A stretch of DNA of 64,000 bases from Minisyncoccota bacterium (GCA_041674225.1 JBAYWG010000001.1:169401-233400), one strand, 5' to 3'; positions 8,295 through 18,167 are shown, counted from the stretch's first letter. The notes: a model not told the origin generated them from the sequence alone. Numbers and translations are program-made.

Positions 8295-9796
8295 ATTTCT
8301 TTTAGTGGTTCTGCGTCTTGTATATTTTCTAATCTTTTATAAACCAACTCTGCAGAAATTAAACAAATAGGCATACCGATTCCTGGATTTGTACCGGCAC
8401 CCACATAATAAAGATTCTTAACCTTCTTGCTAACATTATTCGGTCGAAAAATTGCAGTCTGACTCAATGAGTGTGCAAAACCTAGTGCAGTACCTTTAAA
8501 TGCATTGTAGTCCTTGATGAAGTCTTTTACAGAATAAAGCTTTTTATACACAATTCTATTTTTGAAATCTGGAATATCCATATTTTCTGCCATTTGATTT
8601 ATTACAAACTCAGAATATTCTTCTAGTGATTCATCAGTGTGATCTAAACCAGAAGCAATTGGCACAAGTACAAACAAATTTTCTTTATCAGCTGGCGCTA
8701 CATTTGCATCAGTTTTTGATGGACAACAAACATACAGAGAAGGATCTGTTGGCCATGTAGGTTTTTTAAATATTTGTGAAAAGTTTTCTTCCCAATTTTC
8801 AGCAAACAAAAGATTGTGGTGTTGCAGAGACGGAATTTTTCCTTCTACTCCCATGTACATAATAAATGCAGATGGTGCAAGCAATCGTGATTCCCAATAT
8901 TTTTTACTTTTCTCCCGGTGTGGCTCATCCAAAAGATGCATATCTGTGTGAGCAGTATCTGCATTTGAAATCACAATATCAGCTCGAAATTCTTGTCCGT
9001 TTTCCAATCTCACTCCCACAGCAGTTTTATTTTCAACAATAATTTTATTTACAGGACTGTTTAACAAAATCTCAACTCCGTGTTTTTTGGCAATAGTTTC
9101 CAACGCTTCTATGATTTTATAAATACCTCCTTCTGGATACCAAATTCCCTCCACAAAATCTACATAATTCATCATGCTATAAATCCCCGGCGCATCTCCA
9201 GGAGAAGTTCCAAGCAAAACAGTTTGATATTGCATTACTTTTCTCAGAATTTCGCTTTTGAATTTTTTCTCGATGATAGACTTCACACTTGAGAAGAGCG
9301 GGAGTTTTCTTCCTTCTTTCATTACTCTTTTGTTGAAGAAGTCAAAAATAGTATCGTAGTTTTTAAACATGAATTCATTTTTTGCGATTTCATATTGATA
9401 CTTTGTACTATCCATATATTTTCTCAAAACATCACCAGAACCCGGCTCCAAACTTTCAAAAGTTTCGATTGTTTTTTCTAAATCAGAATAAAAATCATAA
9501 TGTTTCTTTTCGCTTTTTAGAAAAATCCGGTACGAAGGAGAAAGTCTTTTTAATTTTAAATATTGAGTAATATCTTCACCCATCAATTTAAAAAAGTGCT
9601 CAAAAATATCTGGCATCATGTACCAAGACGGCCCCATATCAAAAACAAAACCATCTTCGGAATAGATTCTGGCTCTACCGCCGACTTGATCATTTTTTTC
9701 AATCATCTTCACCTTGTATCCCTTTTTAGCCAACATACAAGCCGTAGAAAGGCCTCCGATACCTGTTCCTATTATGATTACTTCTTTTTGACTCAT
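8291..9796 (-). CDS. crtI: phytoene desaturase
   Basis: EVIIIGTGIGGLSTACMLAKKGYKVKMIEKNDQVGGRA FAD fold, 501 aa, C-terminal YYVGAGTNPGIGMP. Located in the crt cluster. Confidence 0.85.
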   Translation of the reverse strand: MSQKEVIIIGTGIGGLSTACMLAKKGYKVKMIEKNDQVGGRARIYSEDGFVFDMGPSWYMMPDIFEHFFKLMGEDITQYLKLKRLSPSYRIFLKSEKKHYDFYSDLEKTIETFESLEPGSGDVLRKYMDSTKYQYEIAKNEFMFKNYDTIFDFFNKRVMKEGRKLPLFSSVKSIIEKKFKSEILRKVMQYQTVLLGTSPGDAPGIYSMMNYVDFVEGIWYPEGGIYKIIEALETIAKKHGVEILLNSPVNKIIVENKTAVGVRLENGQEFRADIVISNADTAHTDMHLLDEPHREKSKKYWESRLLAPSAFIMYMGVEGKIPSLQHHNLLFAENWEENFSQIFKKPTWPTDPSLYVCCPSKTDANVAPADKENLFVLVPIASGLDHTDESLEEYSEFVINQMAENMDIPDFKNRIVYKKLYSVKDFIKDYNAFKGTALGFAHSLSQTAIFRPNNVSKKVKNLYYVGAGTNPGIGMPICLISAELVYKRLENIQDAEPLKEI

Positions 9797-10701
9797 GATT
9801 TTTTAATTAATGTTAAAAACGCTAACTTAAGTTTTTCTCCAAAACTTAAATGAACTCTGCCAGCGAAAATGTCGTATTTTACAACCTCTATCTTAACAAT
9901 AATTTTTGAATATAAAACTCGTGCTACTTTTATCGCTTTCGCCTCTCTTTTAGGCAACATTTGCAATCCGATATCAGCTTTTTTATAAAGATCTTCAGTT
10001 CTAGCAATTTCAAATTTCATCAAATCAATAAAATTTTGATTTATATTTTTATTAACTAAATCATCTTTTGTCACCCCAAACTTTTGCATTTCATCTTGTG
10101 GAAGATAAACTCTATCTCTTTGTATTACATCTTCATAAATATCGCGCAAAAAATTTGTCATTTGAAATGCTTCGCCAAGCGCTTTTGCATGATCTAGAAT
10201 TTTATTTCTATAATCTAAATCTGTAACAAATCTTTTATCTTTTGAACAAACTATATAAACCATCATATAACCCACTACTACAGCCGAACCATACATATAG
10301 TCTTCCAATTCTTTATAATTTTGATACTCAGTTTTTGAAGTATCTTGAATCATAGCCGAAATAAAATCTTCACTATATTCAAAAGAAATTTTGTATGTGT
10401 CAAAAACATATTTTGTGGCACGTAAAACTTTTAATTCATCTCCTTCGGCAAAATATTCTTCACCGCGATAACACTTACCCCACACCTCCTTCCACTCATT
10501 TAATTTTTCTAAAGCTAAATCTTTTTGATCTTTATATGTAGTATCTATATATTCATCTGGTAAACGAAAAAATGCATACAAAACACAGATCGCATCACGA
10601 TACTCCGCACCCATTAACAAAGTTCCAAAATAAAAACTCTTCCCATATTCTCGATGAACTCCTCTGCAAAACTCTAAATCTAAATTATATTCTGGGTACA
10701 T
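9793..10701 (-). CDS. crtB: phytoene synthase
   Basis: YAFFRLPDEYIDT and LGEAFQMTNFLRDIYEDVIQRDRVYLPQDE are the squalene/phytoene synthase signatures. The gene overlaps crtI by 4 nt. Confidence 0.85.
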   Translation of the reverse strand: MYPEYNLDLEFCRGVHREYGKSFYFGTLLMGAEYRDAICVLYAFFRLPDEYIDTTYKDQKDLALEKLNEWKEVWGKCYRGEEYFAEGDELKVLRATKYVFDTYKISFEYSEDFISAMIQDTSKTEYQNYKELEDYMYGSAVVVGYMMVYIVCSKDKRFVTDLDYRNKILDHAKALGEAFQMTNFLRDIYEDVIQRDRVYLPQDEMQKFGVTKDDLVNKNINQNFIDLMKFEIARTEDLYKKADIGLQMLPKREAKAIKVARVLYSKIIVKIEVVKYDIFAGRVHLSFGEKLKLAFLTLIKKS

Positions 10702-11804
10702 TAAGATTTTCTCTTATCAAGCAATATCACAAAATCAAACCACACGTCTTTGATCATTGGTTTAAGATTTGATTTCAAAATTATTTTGTTGGCTTTATCT
10801 AATTGAGAATGAATTTCCTTTTCAGCATAATCAATTGCGCCTGTTTCTTGAAAAAGTTTTTGCAATACAAGTACTGAATATTCATCAATTTCTTTTCCAA
10901 AAAGTGCTAAGAATATATTTCTATCATTTTCTTTGGCGTTTTCAAAAATATATTGCGTCAAAATTGTGTGTTGACCGTCTTGCACATCCAGCAACCTTTT
11001 CTTTCCTGTTTTTTTAGGATCTCCCACAATATCCAAAAGGTCGTCTTGTATTTGAAAAGCCTGACCCAAGCACAACCCCAATTCCTTATAAAAATCTTTG
11101 TTAATATTTTTTCCAGTCAAATTTGCACCGATCAACATTGGATTAACAAAAGAATAAAAGGCTGTTTTGTATTCATTTTTAAGAAAAATATCTTTCATCT
11201 CTACTTCGTACTGAAGCATAAAAGATACATCTAGTATTTGTCCTGCGACCACTTCCTCAATCATTCTAAAAAATATTTGCTGTACTTTTTTATTATTCAA
11301 ACTAGAAATAACTTCATGCGACCAACTAAAAATTAAATCTCCCGCCAAAATAGCAATGGATTCTGCAATGTGTTTTTTATCGCCTCGAGGATACGATGAA
11401 ATAAATTTTTCTAAATAAACATGCGTCGTGTCTTTGGAATGTCTTTCTACACCTTTATCAATAATATCATCATGAATCAAAGCAAACGCATGAAATAATT
11501 CTAAAGCAATTCCAGCTCGCAAAACTTCTTCTTGGTTCACACCACCTTCTGTAGAGTACGCCAAAAAAGCCATATATGGACGAACTCTTTTTCCACCTTC
11601 ACGTACCAAAGACACAGCATAGTCCACTGCTTCCAAACTTAATTTATTATCAGAAAAGTTTTTATAGTTTAAAACTTTGTCATCCAAATACTCATTTAAA
11701 CGAATATTAAAAATATCTTGAAAAGATTTCAGATCATACGCTTTTACAACAGGAATAAAGTTGATTTTTTCTAAGTGAAGGAAAGAAAGAATGTTTTTAA
11801 TCAT
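10701..11804 (-). CDS. crtE: polyprenyl (geranylgeranyl) diphosphate synthase
   Basis: First Asp-rich motif LIHDDIIDKG and second motif FQIQDDLLDIVGDPKKTGK. The stop and start abut crtB. Confidence 0.8.
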   Translation of the reverse strand: MIKNILSFLHLEKINFIPVVKAYDLKSFQDIFNIRLNEYLDDKVLNYKNFSDNKLSLEAVDYAVSLVREGGKRVRPYMAFLAYSTEGGVNQEEVLRAGIALELFHAFALIHDDIIDKGVERHSKDTTHVYLEKFISSYPRGDKKHIAESIAILAGDLIFSWSHEVISSLNNKKVQQIFFRMIEEVVAGQILDVSFMLQYEVEMKDIFLKNEYKTAFYSFVNPMLIGANLTGKNINKDFYKELGLCLGQAFQIQDDLLDIVGDPKKTGKKRLLDVQDGQHTILTQYIFENAKENDRNIFLALFGKEIDEYSVLVLQKLFQETGAIDYAEKEIHSQLDKANKIILKSNLKPMIKDVWFDFVILLDKRKS

Positions 11805-11824
11805 GGTAGTGATTATAGCATTTT

Positions 11825-12460
11825 TTATTTATTCCCCGCTAAAGCAACTTTAATTCCAAGCGCGATAAGCACAGCGCCAGTAACTCTTTCTACGTAGTGT
11901 TGTACTTTTCCAATTTTGGTTCGTATAAGTGAGTTTGAGAAAAAGAGAGCAACTAAAACAAACCAAACAAAGGTAATCAGCATCATTTCTATTCCATAAG
12001 CGAACTGAATTATTTTAGGAGTTGAGAGATCAATTATTTGAGTGAACAATGCTAAAAAGAAAAGTGTAGCTTTTGGATTGAGTGCGTTTGTAAGAAATCC
12101 AATTTTAAATGATGACCAAAGACTTATATCTTGCTTTGCGACATTATCTTTTGTTTCAGTGTGCACCGCAGGCTTTGCTCTCAGAGATTTGTACCCGATG
12201 TAAATCAAATATCCCGCACCGATAAATTTAACAATATTAAAAATGATAACTGATTTAGAAATAACAAATCCAATTCCCAAAAGTGAATACGCCACATGCA
12301 CCAAAATTCCCACAGCAATTCCAATCGCTGTGTAAATTCCAGTCTTTCGAGAATAAATAATACTGTTACGAGCAACCATCGCAAAATCTGGACCTGGACT
12401 TACAACAGCCAAAAGATGCACTATTGCTACGGTTATAAACTGCGCAAGAAATATTGTCAT
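11825..12460 (-). CDS. LysE/RhtB-family amino-acid exporter
   Basis: 211 aa with six hydrophobic segments. The N-terminal VSPGPDFAMV motif is typical of the LysE family. Confidence 0.75.
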   Translation of the reverse strand: MTIFLAQFITVAIVHLLAVVSPGPDFAMVARNSIIYSRKTGIYTAIGIAVGILVHVAYSLLGIGFVISKSVIIFNIVKFIGAGYLIYIGYKSLRAKPAVHTETKDNVAKQDISLWSSFKIGFLTNALNPKATLFFLALFTQIIDLSTPKIIQFAYGIEMMLITFVWFVLVALFFSNSLIRTKIGKVQHYVERVTGAVLIALGIKVALAGNK

Positions 12461-12481
12461 TTTTTGATTATAACAGAAATT

Positions 12482-14371
12482 TTACTCCTCCAAACCAAAA
12501 TATCTTGGAAACAATACCGGTGTACTATCCGCCGTTATACCATCTCTTGTAATAGGAAGTTGTTGAGAAGTCGCGGGCCATGGCAGGGGAAGTTTTCCAA
12601 CAAAAGGTTTATCTCCAAAAAGCACATCCGCCACACCTTGCCCTTCACTACCAGGAAGCCACGCCGCCACAAGCGCATCCCAAGAAGAAATTTCGTTCGC
12701 AATAAGCAAAGGTCGTCCTGAAATTATTACTACCAAAACTTTTTCAGAAACTGCTTGAAGTTTTTTGATCGCCATCAAATCTTCAGAATATAAAATTGGA
12801 TATTCTCTATCGCCCACTCCTTCTGCATAAGGTTGCTCACCTACAAATGCAATTCCTAAATCAGCTTTCGTACCATCATCCACAAAATTACCTAGTGTTC
12901 GATAATCCACTCTGGTATTTTCGCTTACAGCATTTTTTATTCCATCTATTATAGAAGTCGCTCCTGGCAAATCATTTCCATTTATTCCTTGCCAATTTAC
13001 AGTCCAGGCTCCTGATTGATTTCCAATATTATTTGCAGCACTTCCAACAATACGAATATGTTTTATATTTTTATCAATTGGTAAAACTGAATTATCATTT
13101 TTTAACAGAACCAAAGATTGCGACACGGCATCTCTTGCAAGCGCACGATGTTCTACTGAACCAACAACTTCAGTTGAAATTTTATTTTCATTTTTATCAA
13201 AAAGACCTAGCTCAAATTTTGCATATAAAATTCTCCGCACAGCATCATCTATTCTGTCTTCGGAAACTTCTCCAACACGCACAGCTTTGGAAACATTTTT
13301 AACAAAAGGTTTGTAATCAAAAGGCAACATCACCATATCTACTCCAGCATTAATAGCCGTAATCACAGATCTATAATCACTCCCAGGAATTTCATAAACA
13401 CCATACCAATCAGAAACAACAAAACCTTTAAATCCAAGTTCTTTTTTTAGGACATCAGTAATCAAATATTCACTCGCAGACAATTTAGTTTCACCCCAAG
13501 TATTCAATCCAATCATTACACTTTTCACACCAGCATCTACAACGGCTCTAAATGGAACTAGATATTCTTCTCTAAGTAATTCTTCGTCAGCCAAAGTAGC
13601 ACCTTGATCTATTTTGTAATTTTCATTTGAAGAAGTGTCCCAAAGCATTCCACCAAGTCCAACAAAATGTTTTGCTGTACCTATCACAGAATTTCCCTGT
13701 AATCCTTTTATATATGCAACACCTAAATCAGATACGAGAGCAGGATCATCAGAAAAAGTTTCGTAAACTCTTCCCCAACGAATGTCGCGAGGCATATCAA
13801 GTGTTGGTGAAAAACTCCAATGCACATTTGTTGCTAAAAGTTCTTTTGCAGTAGCAGATGCAATATCTTCGACAAGCTTTGGATCCCTAGTCGCGCCAAG
13901 TCCAATAGAGTGCGGAAAAACTGTAGCTCCAGGAATATTTGAATGCCCATGAATGGCATCAACTCCATAAATTATCGGAATACCGAGACGACTATTTTTG
14001 GATTCATTTATAAAATCTGAAACCATTTTGTTCCAACCTTCAGGGGTATTATTTTCTGGATTCGCTCCAGCGCCACTTAGAAGTGCACCGAGTCCGTACA
14101 AAGAAACATCTTTCATTTCTTCAACACTTTTATTTTCAACAAGAGCCATCTGTCCAATTTTTTCTTCAAGTGTCATATAAGACAAAAGATCTTCAACACG
14201 TTCTTCTACAGAATTATTTGGATTTAAATACAAAGATTCTTTTGTTGGATTTCGTACAATCTTTGTTTCTTCATTCCGAAATAAAAATGATAAAAAATAA
14301 AAAATTCCCACCAAAATAATTAAAAATAAAAATAAGTACACAAGTTTAGCGTTCACTTTAAAATCATCCAT
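12482..14371 (-). CDS. glycoside hydrolase family 3 (beta-glucosidase / beta-hexosaminidase-like), membrane-anchored
   Basis: N-terminal TM segment, then GIPIIYGVDAIHGH, KHFVGLGG and the GFVVSDW nucleophile motif, plus a C-terminal GH3 domain. Confidence 0.85.
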   Translation of the reverse strand: MDDFKVNAKLVYLFLFLIILVGIFYFLSFLFRNEETKIVRNPTKESLYLNPNNSVEERVEDLLSYMTLEEKIGQMALVENKSVEEMKDVSLYGLGALLSGAGANPENNTPEGWNKMVSDFINESKNSRLGIPIIYGVDAIHGHSNIPGATVFPHSIGLGATRDPKLVEDIASATAKELLATNVHWSFSPTLDMPRDIRWGRVYETFSDDPALVSDLGVAYIKGLQGNSVIGTAKHFVGLGGMLWDTSSNENYKIDQGATLADEELLREEYLVPFRAVVDAGVKSVMIGLNTWGETKLSASEYLITDVLKKELGFKGFVVSDWYGVYEIPGSDYRSVITAINAGVDMVMLPFDYKPFVKNVSKAVRVGEVSEDRIDDAVRRILYAKFELGLFDKNENKISTEVVGSVEHRALARDAVSQSLVLLKNDNSVLPIDKNIKHIRIVGSAANNIGNQSGAWTVNWQGINGNDLPGATSIIDGIKNAVSENTRVDYRTLGNFVDDGTKADLGIAFVGEQPYAEGVGDREYPILYSEDLMAIKKLQAVSEKVLVVIISGRPLLIANEISSWDALVAAWLPGSEGQGVADVLFGDKPFVGKLPLPWPATSQQLPITRDGITADSTPVLFPRYFGLEE

Positions 14372-14514
14372 AACATCTATTATACCTTGTGAATCAATTA
14401 ATGACTGCCGAACTTCAACGATTTAATTATCGATGAATACAAGAAAGATAAAAATATCATCGTGGGATGAGTAAGTTGAAGGTGTTGTATAGGAAGTAAA
14501 GAAATCTTAATCTA

Positions 14515-14542
14515 TTTACAAAAAATTATAGTGTTGTATAAT
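14515..14542 (+). promoter_or_regulatory. sigma70-type promoter candidate
   Basis: TTTACA (14515-14520), a 16-nt spacer, then TATAAT (14537-14542), about 60 nt upstream of ATG 14602. Confidence 0.4.
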
Positions 14543-14601
14543 ATAAAAAGACATGCCCCAACTAAATTCAAACAAATCAGGCATGAAAACCTAGTACACT
14601 G

Positions 14602-15114
14602 ATGAAAAATATAGTTATCATTCTGTTAACTCTCACCATATTGATTCCAACTTTAACATTGGCCGATCGCGACCCAGTTGCGAGAGAAAAAATTGAAGAA
14701 ATCGAGAGAGTAATTCGAATCAATGGCTCTGAGAAATTTCTGAACGTCAACAATAACAAATCACTCGCAATCCAATTCTACGAGAACACCGAGCTCATGC
14801 TAATTGATCTCGATAAAGACGGCATCGCGGAATTTGTGAGGTTTAGGAATGAACGGGATATGTCTTCAAGAGACTTCTCTCGTAGAATCTGCACCTGGTT
14901 TATAACGGCCTGCACACCAACAGGTAATCCTGTCGGTGAGTGGGAAATCCGATACGACAACCAAGAACAAGGGCAGATTATTGCACTACTCTTCTTTTGC
15001 GAAAATGCCGAGTCTGCAGGTGTGAAGTCACTCCTATCGCCGATGCTTGTAACGAGTACCGGTATAATCAAAAAGGAACCTCTGGCTTTTCAGCTGAGTA
15101 AAGTCGATTGGTAA
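14602..15114 (+). CDS. hypothetical secreted protein
   Basis: 170 aa with a signal-peptide-like N-terminus MKNIVIILLTLTILIPTLTLA. GC-rich relative to its neighbours. Confidence 0.45.
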   Translation: MKNIVIILLTLTILIPTLTLADRDPVAREKIEEIERVIRINGSEKFLNVNNNKSLAIQFYENTELMLIDLDKDGIAEFVRFRNERDMSSRDFSRRICTWFITACTPTGNPVGEWEIRYDNQEQGQIIALLFFCENAESAGVKSLLSPMLVTSTGIIKKEPLAFQLSKVDW

Positions 15115-15220
15115 GTCTCAAACAAAAGTTAGTACGGACCTGTCAGGAAGTAAAATTTCTGACAGGTTTTTTGTTTTCATAAAACCAACCAAAGCAAGCT
15201 AAATTTGATATTATTGATTC

Positions 15221-16078
15221 ATGAAAATCGCCATCATCACAGGAGGAGAAACAGGTGAACGAGAGGTCTCAATTAGATCAGCGAACAATGTTCGCAAAAT
15301 TGTAGATTTTGCAGAAACAACTATTTTCACATTTCCTGAAGACACAAAAAATTTTATTGAATCAGCGAAAGAATTTGATTTAGCAATACCAGTCATTCAC
15401 GGTATCGGAGGTGAAGACGGGAGTGTTCAAGGCTTATTCAAAAATTTACATATTCCTTTTATTTTTTCCGACATAAGCACGCATGCAATTGCGATAGATA
15501 AAAAATTTACAAAGGAAATTGCAGCATCACTTGGTATTACCTCTCCGAAAGAAACAAATGACTTCCCTCTCTTTGCAAAACCACGACACGGAGGTTCTTC
15601 TGTCTCTTCAAAATTTTGTGAATCTCAAAAAGATTTAGATGAACTTTTAAATACAAGTCCGGAAACAGATTTTCTTAAAGAAGAACCTATACGAGGAAGA
15701 GAATTTACAGTGGGTATCATCGATAATGGAGATGAGACAATTCCCTTGCCTGTTGTTGAAATAATAACCAACGGAGAATTTTTTGATTTTGAAAATAAAT
15801 ATAATCCCGAAAAACTAGCAACGGAAGTTTGTCCTGCAGAAATTGATATTTCACTTTCACAAGAATTACAAAGACAAGCGTTGTTAATTCACACTCATTT
15901 AAATACAAAATATTTATCTCGCTCTGACTTCATCGTAACTCCAGATAACAAAATATACTTTCTAGAAATAAATACTATTCCAGGAATGACCAACACCTCA
16001 CTGATTCCTAAAATGACGTCTGCCGCAAATCTTGATTTAAAAGAGATTTTTAAGTCTTGGTGTAGCAAACTGATCTAA
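15221..16078 (+). CDS. ddl: D-alanine--D-alanine ligase
   Basis: MKIAIITGGETGEREVSIRSA N-terminus, ATP-grasp core, and C-terminal EINTIPGMT. Confidence 0.85.
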   Translation: MKIAIITGGETGEREVSIRSANNVRKIVDFAETTIFTFPEDTKNFIESAKEFDLAIPVIHGIGGEDGSVQGLFKNLHIPFIFSDISTHAIAIDKKFTKEIAASLGITSPKETNDFPLFAKPRHGGSSVSSKFCESQKDLDELLNTSPETDFLKEEPIRGREFTVGIIDNGDETIPLPVVEIITNGEFFDFENKYNPEKLATEVCPAEIDISLSQELQRQALLIHTHLNTKYLSRSDFIVTPDNKIYFLEINTIPGMTNTSLIPKMTSAANLDLKEIFKSWCSKLI

Positions 16079-16093
16079 ACTAATAAAAGAAAA

Positions 16094-16121
16094 AGCCGGT
16101 TCGAGATGAGTCGAACCGGCT
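16094..16121. terminator. bidirectional terminator between ddl and the Ubl gene
   Basis: AGCCGGTTCGA-GATGAG-TCGAACCGGCT, preceded by an A-run. Confidence 0.65.
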
Positions 16122-16151
16122 AAGTAAGTTAAGCCTGTTTGTTGGTAAGGC

Positions 16152-16457
16152 TTAGTTACCGCGAATCTTTGAAAAGATCAACACCTGTGCTCCTTCTTCG
16201 AGCACCTCCTCAAAATTGGAGATTGTCTGTCCGTTCAAACGAACCTCTCCTTCAATTTTGTCTCGATAACCGGCAATTACCAGCGCCTGTCTGATTGTGG
16301 TTCCAGAGTCCACCTCGAAAGGTTTGATCTGTCCACCGGGGAAAGCACCGACTTTCACGTTGATTTTCTCAACTTGTGCCGGAGTCTCCTTTTTGGAAGT
16401 TGCTTTCTTTGCAGCGGGTTTCTTGGTGGTTGCTTTCTTTGTGGTTCCTTTTTTCAT
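16152..16457 (-). CDS. ubiquitin-like beta-grasp (ThiS/MoaD-like) protein with a Lys-rich N-terminal tail; C-terminus ...KIRGN
   Basis: The start is the first ATG (16457). The tail is MKKGTTKKATTKKPAAKKATSKK. The core is INVKVGAFPGG..FEVDSGTTIRQAL...VRLNGQTISNFEEVLEEGAQVLIFSKIRGN, which follows the ThiS/MoaD pattern (v.vNG..v....l.eGd.v.i....G). It lies directly downstream of the E1 gene. Confidence 0.6.
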   Translation of the reverse strand: MKKGTTKKATTKKPAAKKATSKKETPAQVEKINVKVGAFPGGQIKPFEVDSGTTIRQALVIAGYRDKIEGEVRLNGQTISNFEEVLEEGAQVLIFSKIRGN

Positions 16458-16497
16458 GGTTCTTTTCTTTTGGTTTGTTTGTTGTTTACAGATTTTT

Positions 16498-17205
16498 TTA
16501 ACTGAACGACGAACCCACAATCATCATGGGTTGAAGTGAGAATATCAATTCATGCTCGAACTCATCGGTCGGTTCTTTACCTTCCTTAAGTTTCTGCATT
16601 TTCTGATACCATCGGATGAATTGCCACACAGCAAATCCCGAGACCATTTCTGCCGTCGGACCTACTGTGATAGTTGCTCCGCAAGCGGAGACTTCAGCAA
16701 CGTCATCACCATACAGAGTTTTTTCCCATCCCGAAACTTCTACGGGACTTGATGGATTCACTGTATAGATACGACCACTATTGGAACCCATACGAGTCTC
16801 AATAATAACCTCAACGTGAGGTCTGTAACGAAGTGATCCTTTCCAGATTTCTTGTCGTGAAGACATTGTATCTGTCAGCAGGAAAACAATCTGACCGAGA
16901 CGTTGTGTTCCATCAACTCGTTCATTGTGCACCGAAACTTCGGTACCTGTCTGCACGAGAATAATATCTTTCAACGCCTCAACCTTGAGTTGTCCATTGT
17001 GATTGTTACCGAATATTTGGTTTGGGACGTTGTGGGGTTCCACTACATCCGGATCCCAAATGTGAATGTTACGGATACCGAGCTTCGCCAACGAAAGGGC
17101 GATTCTAGATCCTGTAGCACCCACACCTATGATATCGATACGTCTATCACCAAATTCTTGCGGTGAAAACACATCAAGGTGTCTTATTACGTCTAGTTCT
17201 GGCAT
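16498..17205 (-). CDS. ThiF/MoeB-type E1-like adenylyltransferase (minimal, 235 aa)
   Basis: IDIIGVGATGSRIALSLAKLGIRNIHIWDPDVVEPHNVPNQ is the nucleotide-binding motif. EVSACGATITVGPTAEMV is the Cys-bearing segment. A good SD (AAGGAG) lies 5 nt upstream of the ATG. Confidence 0.8.
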   Translation of the reverse strand: MPELDVIRHLDVFSPQEFGDRRIDIIGVGATGSRIALSLAKLGIRNIHIWDPDVVEPHNVPNQIFGNNHNGQLKVEALKDIILVQTGTEVSVHNERVDGTQRLGQIVFLLTDTMSSRQEIWKGSLRYRPHVEVIIETRMGSNSGRIYTVNPSSPVEVSGWEKTLYGDDVAEVSACGATITVGPTAEMVSGFAVWQFIRWYQKMQKLKEGKEPTDEFEHELIFSLQPMMIVGSSFS

Positions 17206-17237
17206 TCTCTCTCCTTCTAGTTTTTATTGGTTATATC

Positions 17238-18023
17238 TTAACGAAACCTTTTCCGGAAAAACCGGGGTTTATATTTTCCTCCAAAACCCTTGAAAAAGGG
17301 TGGTGAATACGGAGCGAACCGCAAAGCAGTAACTTTCCGTTTCATTTCCTCCCGAAGATCATTACGAATTTCATCCAGTTTGTCCCAGTCATCTATGTCT
17401 TCTTCTGTCCATTTCCATGGAACAGAATGAAAAGCGAAACCCTTCTCCCAGTCATAAATTCCGAAATTGATATCTCCTTGACGATTTAAGATACCGCGCA
17501 AGAAAAAATCAGTACCGAAACTTTGAAAGATTTTCATCTGATCATTATCTTGACCAGATGGGTAAGTTCCACCATTTCCATGTGAATGTCCCCAGAAGCG
17601 TATGTTGTTGAAGATTTCGTCACCACCTTCTTTCGAAAGGATTTCCATGACAAATTCTTGAAGAGCTTCTGGAAGAATTTCAGTATGGCCACCGCTCACA
17701 GTCTGAGGAAAGAGGAACACGTCATCGATGATGAAGTCTTCTCCTAGTCGCCGAGCAGTTCCAAGCCACCCCACTTCAATATTGATTGCACCTACAATAA
17801 CGTACATCTTGAAGAGGGCCAATGGACTGACAAATACAGTCGGAATATGGTGTTTCAACGTCAGAACTTCCAGAGTTGTATGGAAAACATCCGACGGAGC
17901 AAAAAATTGTCCGTCTGTCTCTGCGAATTCCCATTGGTAAGGCTGCGGAGGGGTTGGAGTATATGGGCGAGGAGCACCAACAATTTTTGCTGGCAGAGGG
18001 AGTTTAGTATTGTTTTTTTTCAT
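17238..18023 (-). CDS. JAB/MPN (JAMM) metalloprotease
   Basis: E83 lies in NIEVGWLGT, and H146-S-H148-GNGGTYP-S156-GQ-D159 gives a complete E...HxH-x7-S-xx-D JAMM motif (nt 17547-17588). There is a Pro-rich N-terminal extension and a basic C-terminal tail. Confidence 0.85.
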   Translation of the reverse strand: MKKNNTKLPLPAKIVGAPRPYTPTPPQPYQWEFAETDGQFFAPSDVFHTTLEVLTLKHHIPTVFVSPLALFKMYVIVGAINIEVGWLGTARRLGEDFIIDDVFLFPQTVSGGHTEILPEALQEFVMEILSKEGGDEIFNNIRFWGHSHGNGGTYPSGQDNDQMKIFQSFGTDFFLRGILNRQGDINFGIYDWEKGFAFHSVPWKWTEEDIDDWDKLDEIRNDLREEMKRKVTALRFAPYSPPFFKGFGGKYKPRFFRKRFR

Positions 18024-18124
18024 TTAGATTCGATTGTGAAGGTTCTTTTTATACTACTTCTGTAATTCTTTTATTATATTTTAAGGGTTTTGTCAATACC
18101 CCACCCCTTTTTATCTAATATAAA

Positions 18125-18155
18125 AAACCGCTCTCAGAAACTCTGAGAGCGGTTT
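18125..18155 (-). terminator. rho-independent terminator after the E2-like gene
   Basis: Minus strand reads AAACCGCTCTCAG-AGTTT-CTGAGAGCGGTTT followed by TTTTATATT. It separates the E2-like gene from the JAB-E1-Ubl unit. Confidence 0.7.
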
Positions 18156-18167
18156 GACTTAAAGCCA

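Noticed and set aside
16458-16520. Longer form of the Ubl starting at TTG 16520 (MWVRRSVKKICKQQTNQKKRT...).
   Set aside because: It needs a rare TTG start and overlaps the E1 stop by 23 nt. The first ATG (16457) is preferred. The longer form is not fully excluded and is noted in the findings.
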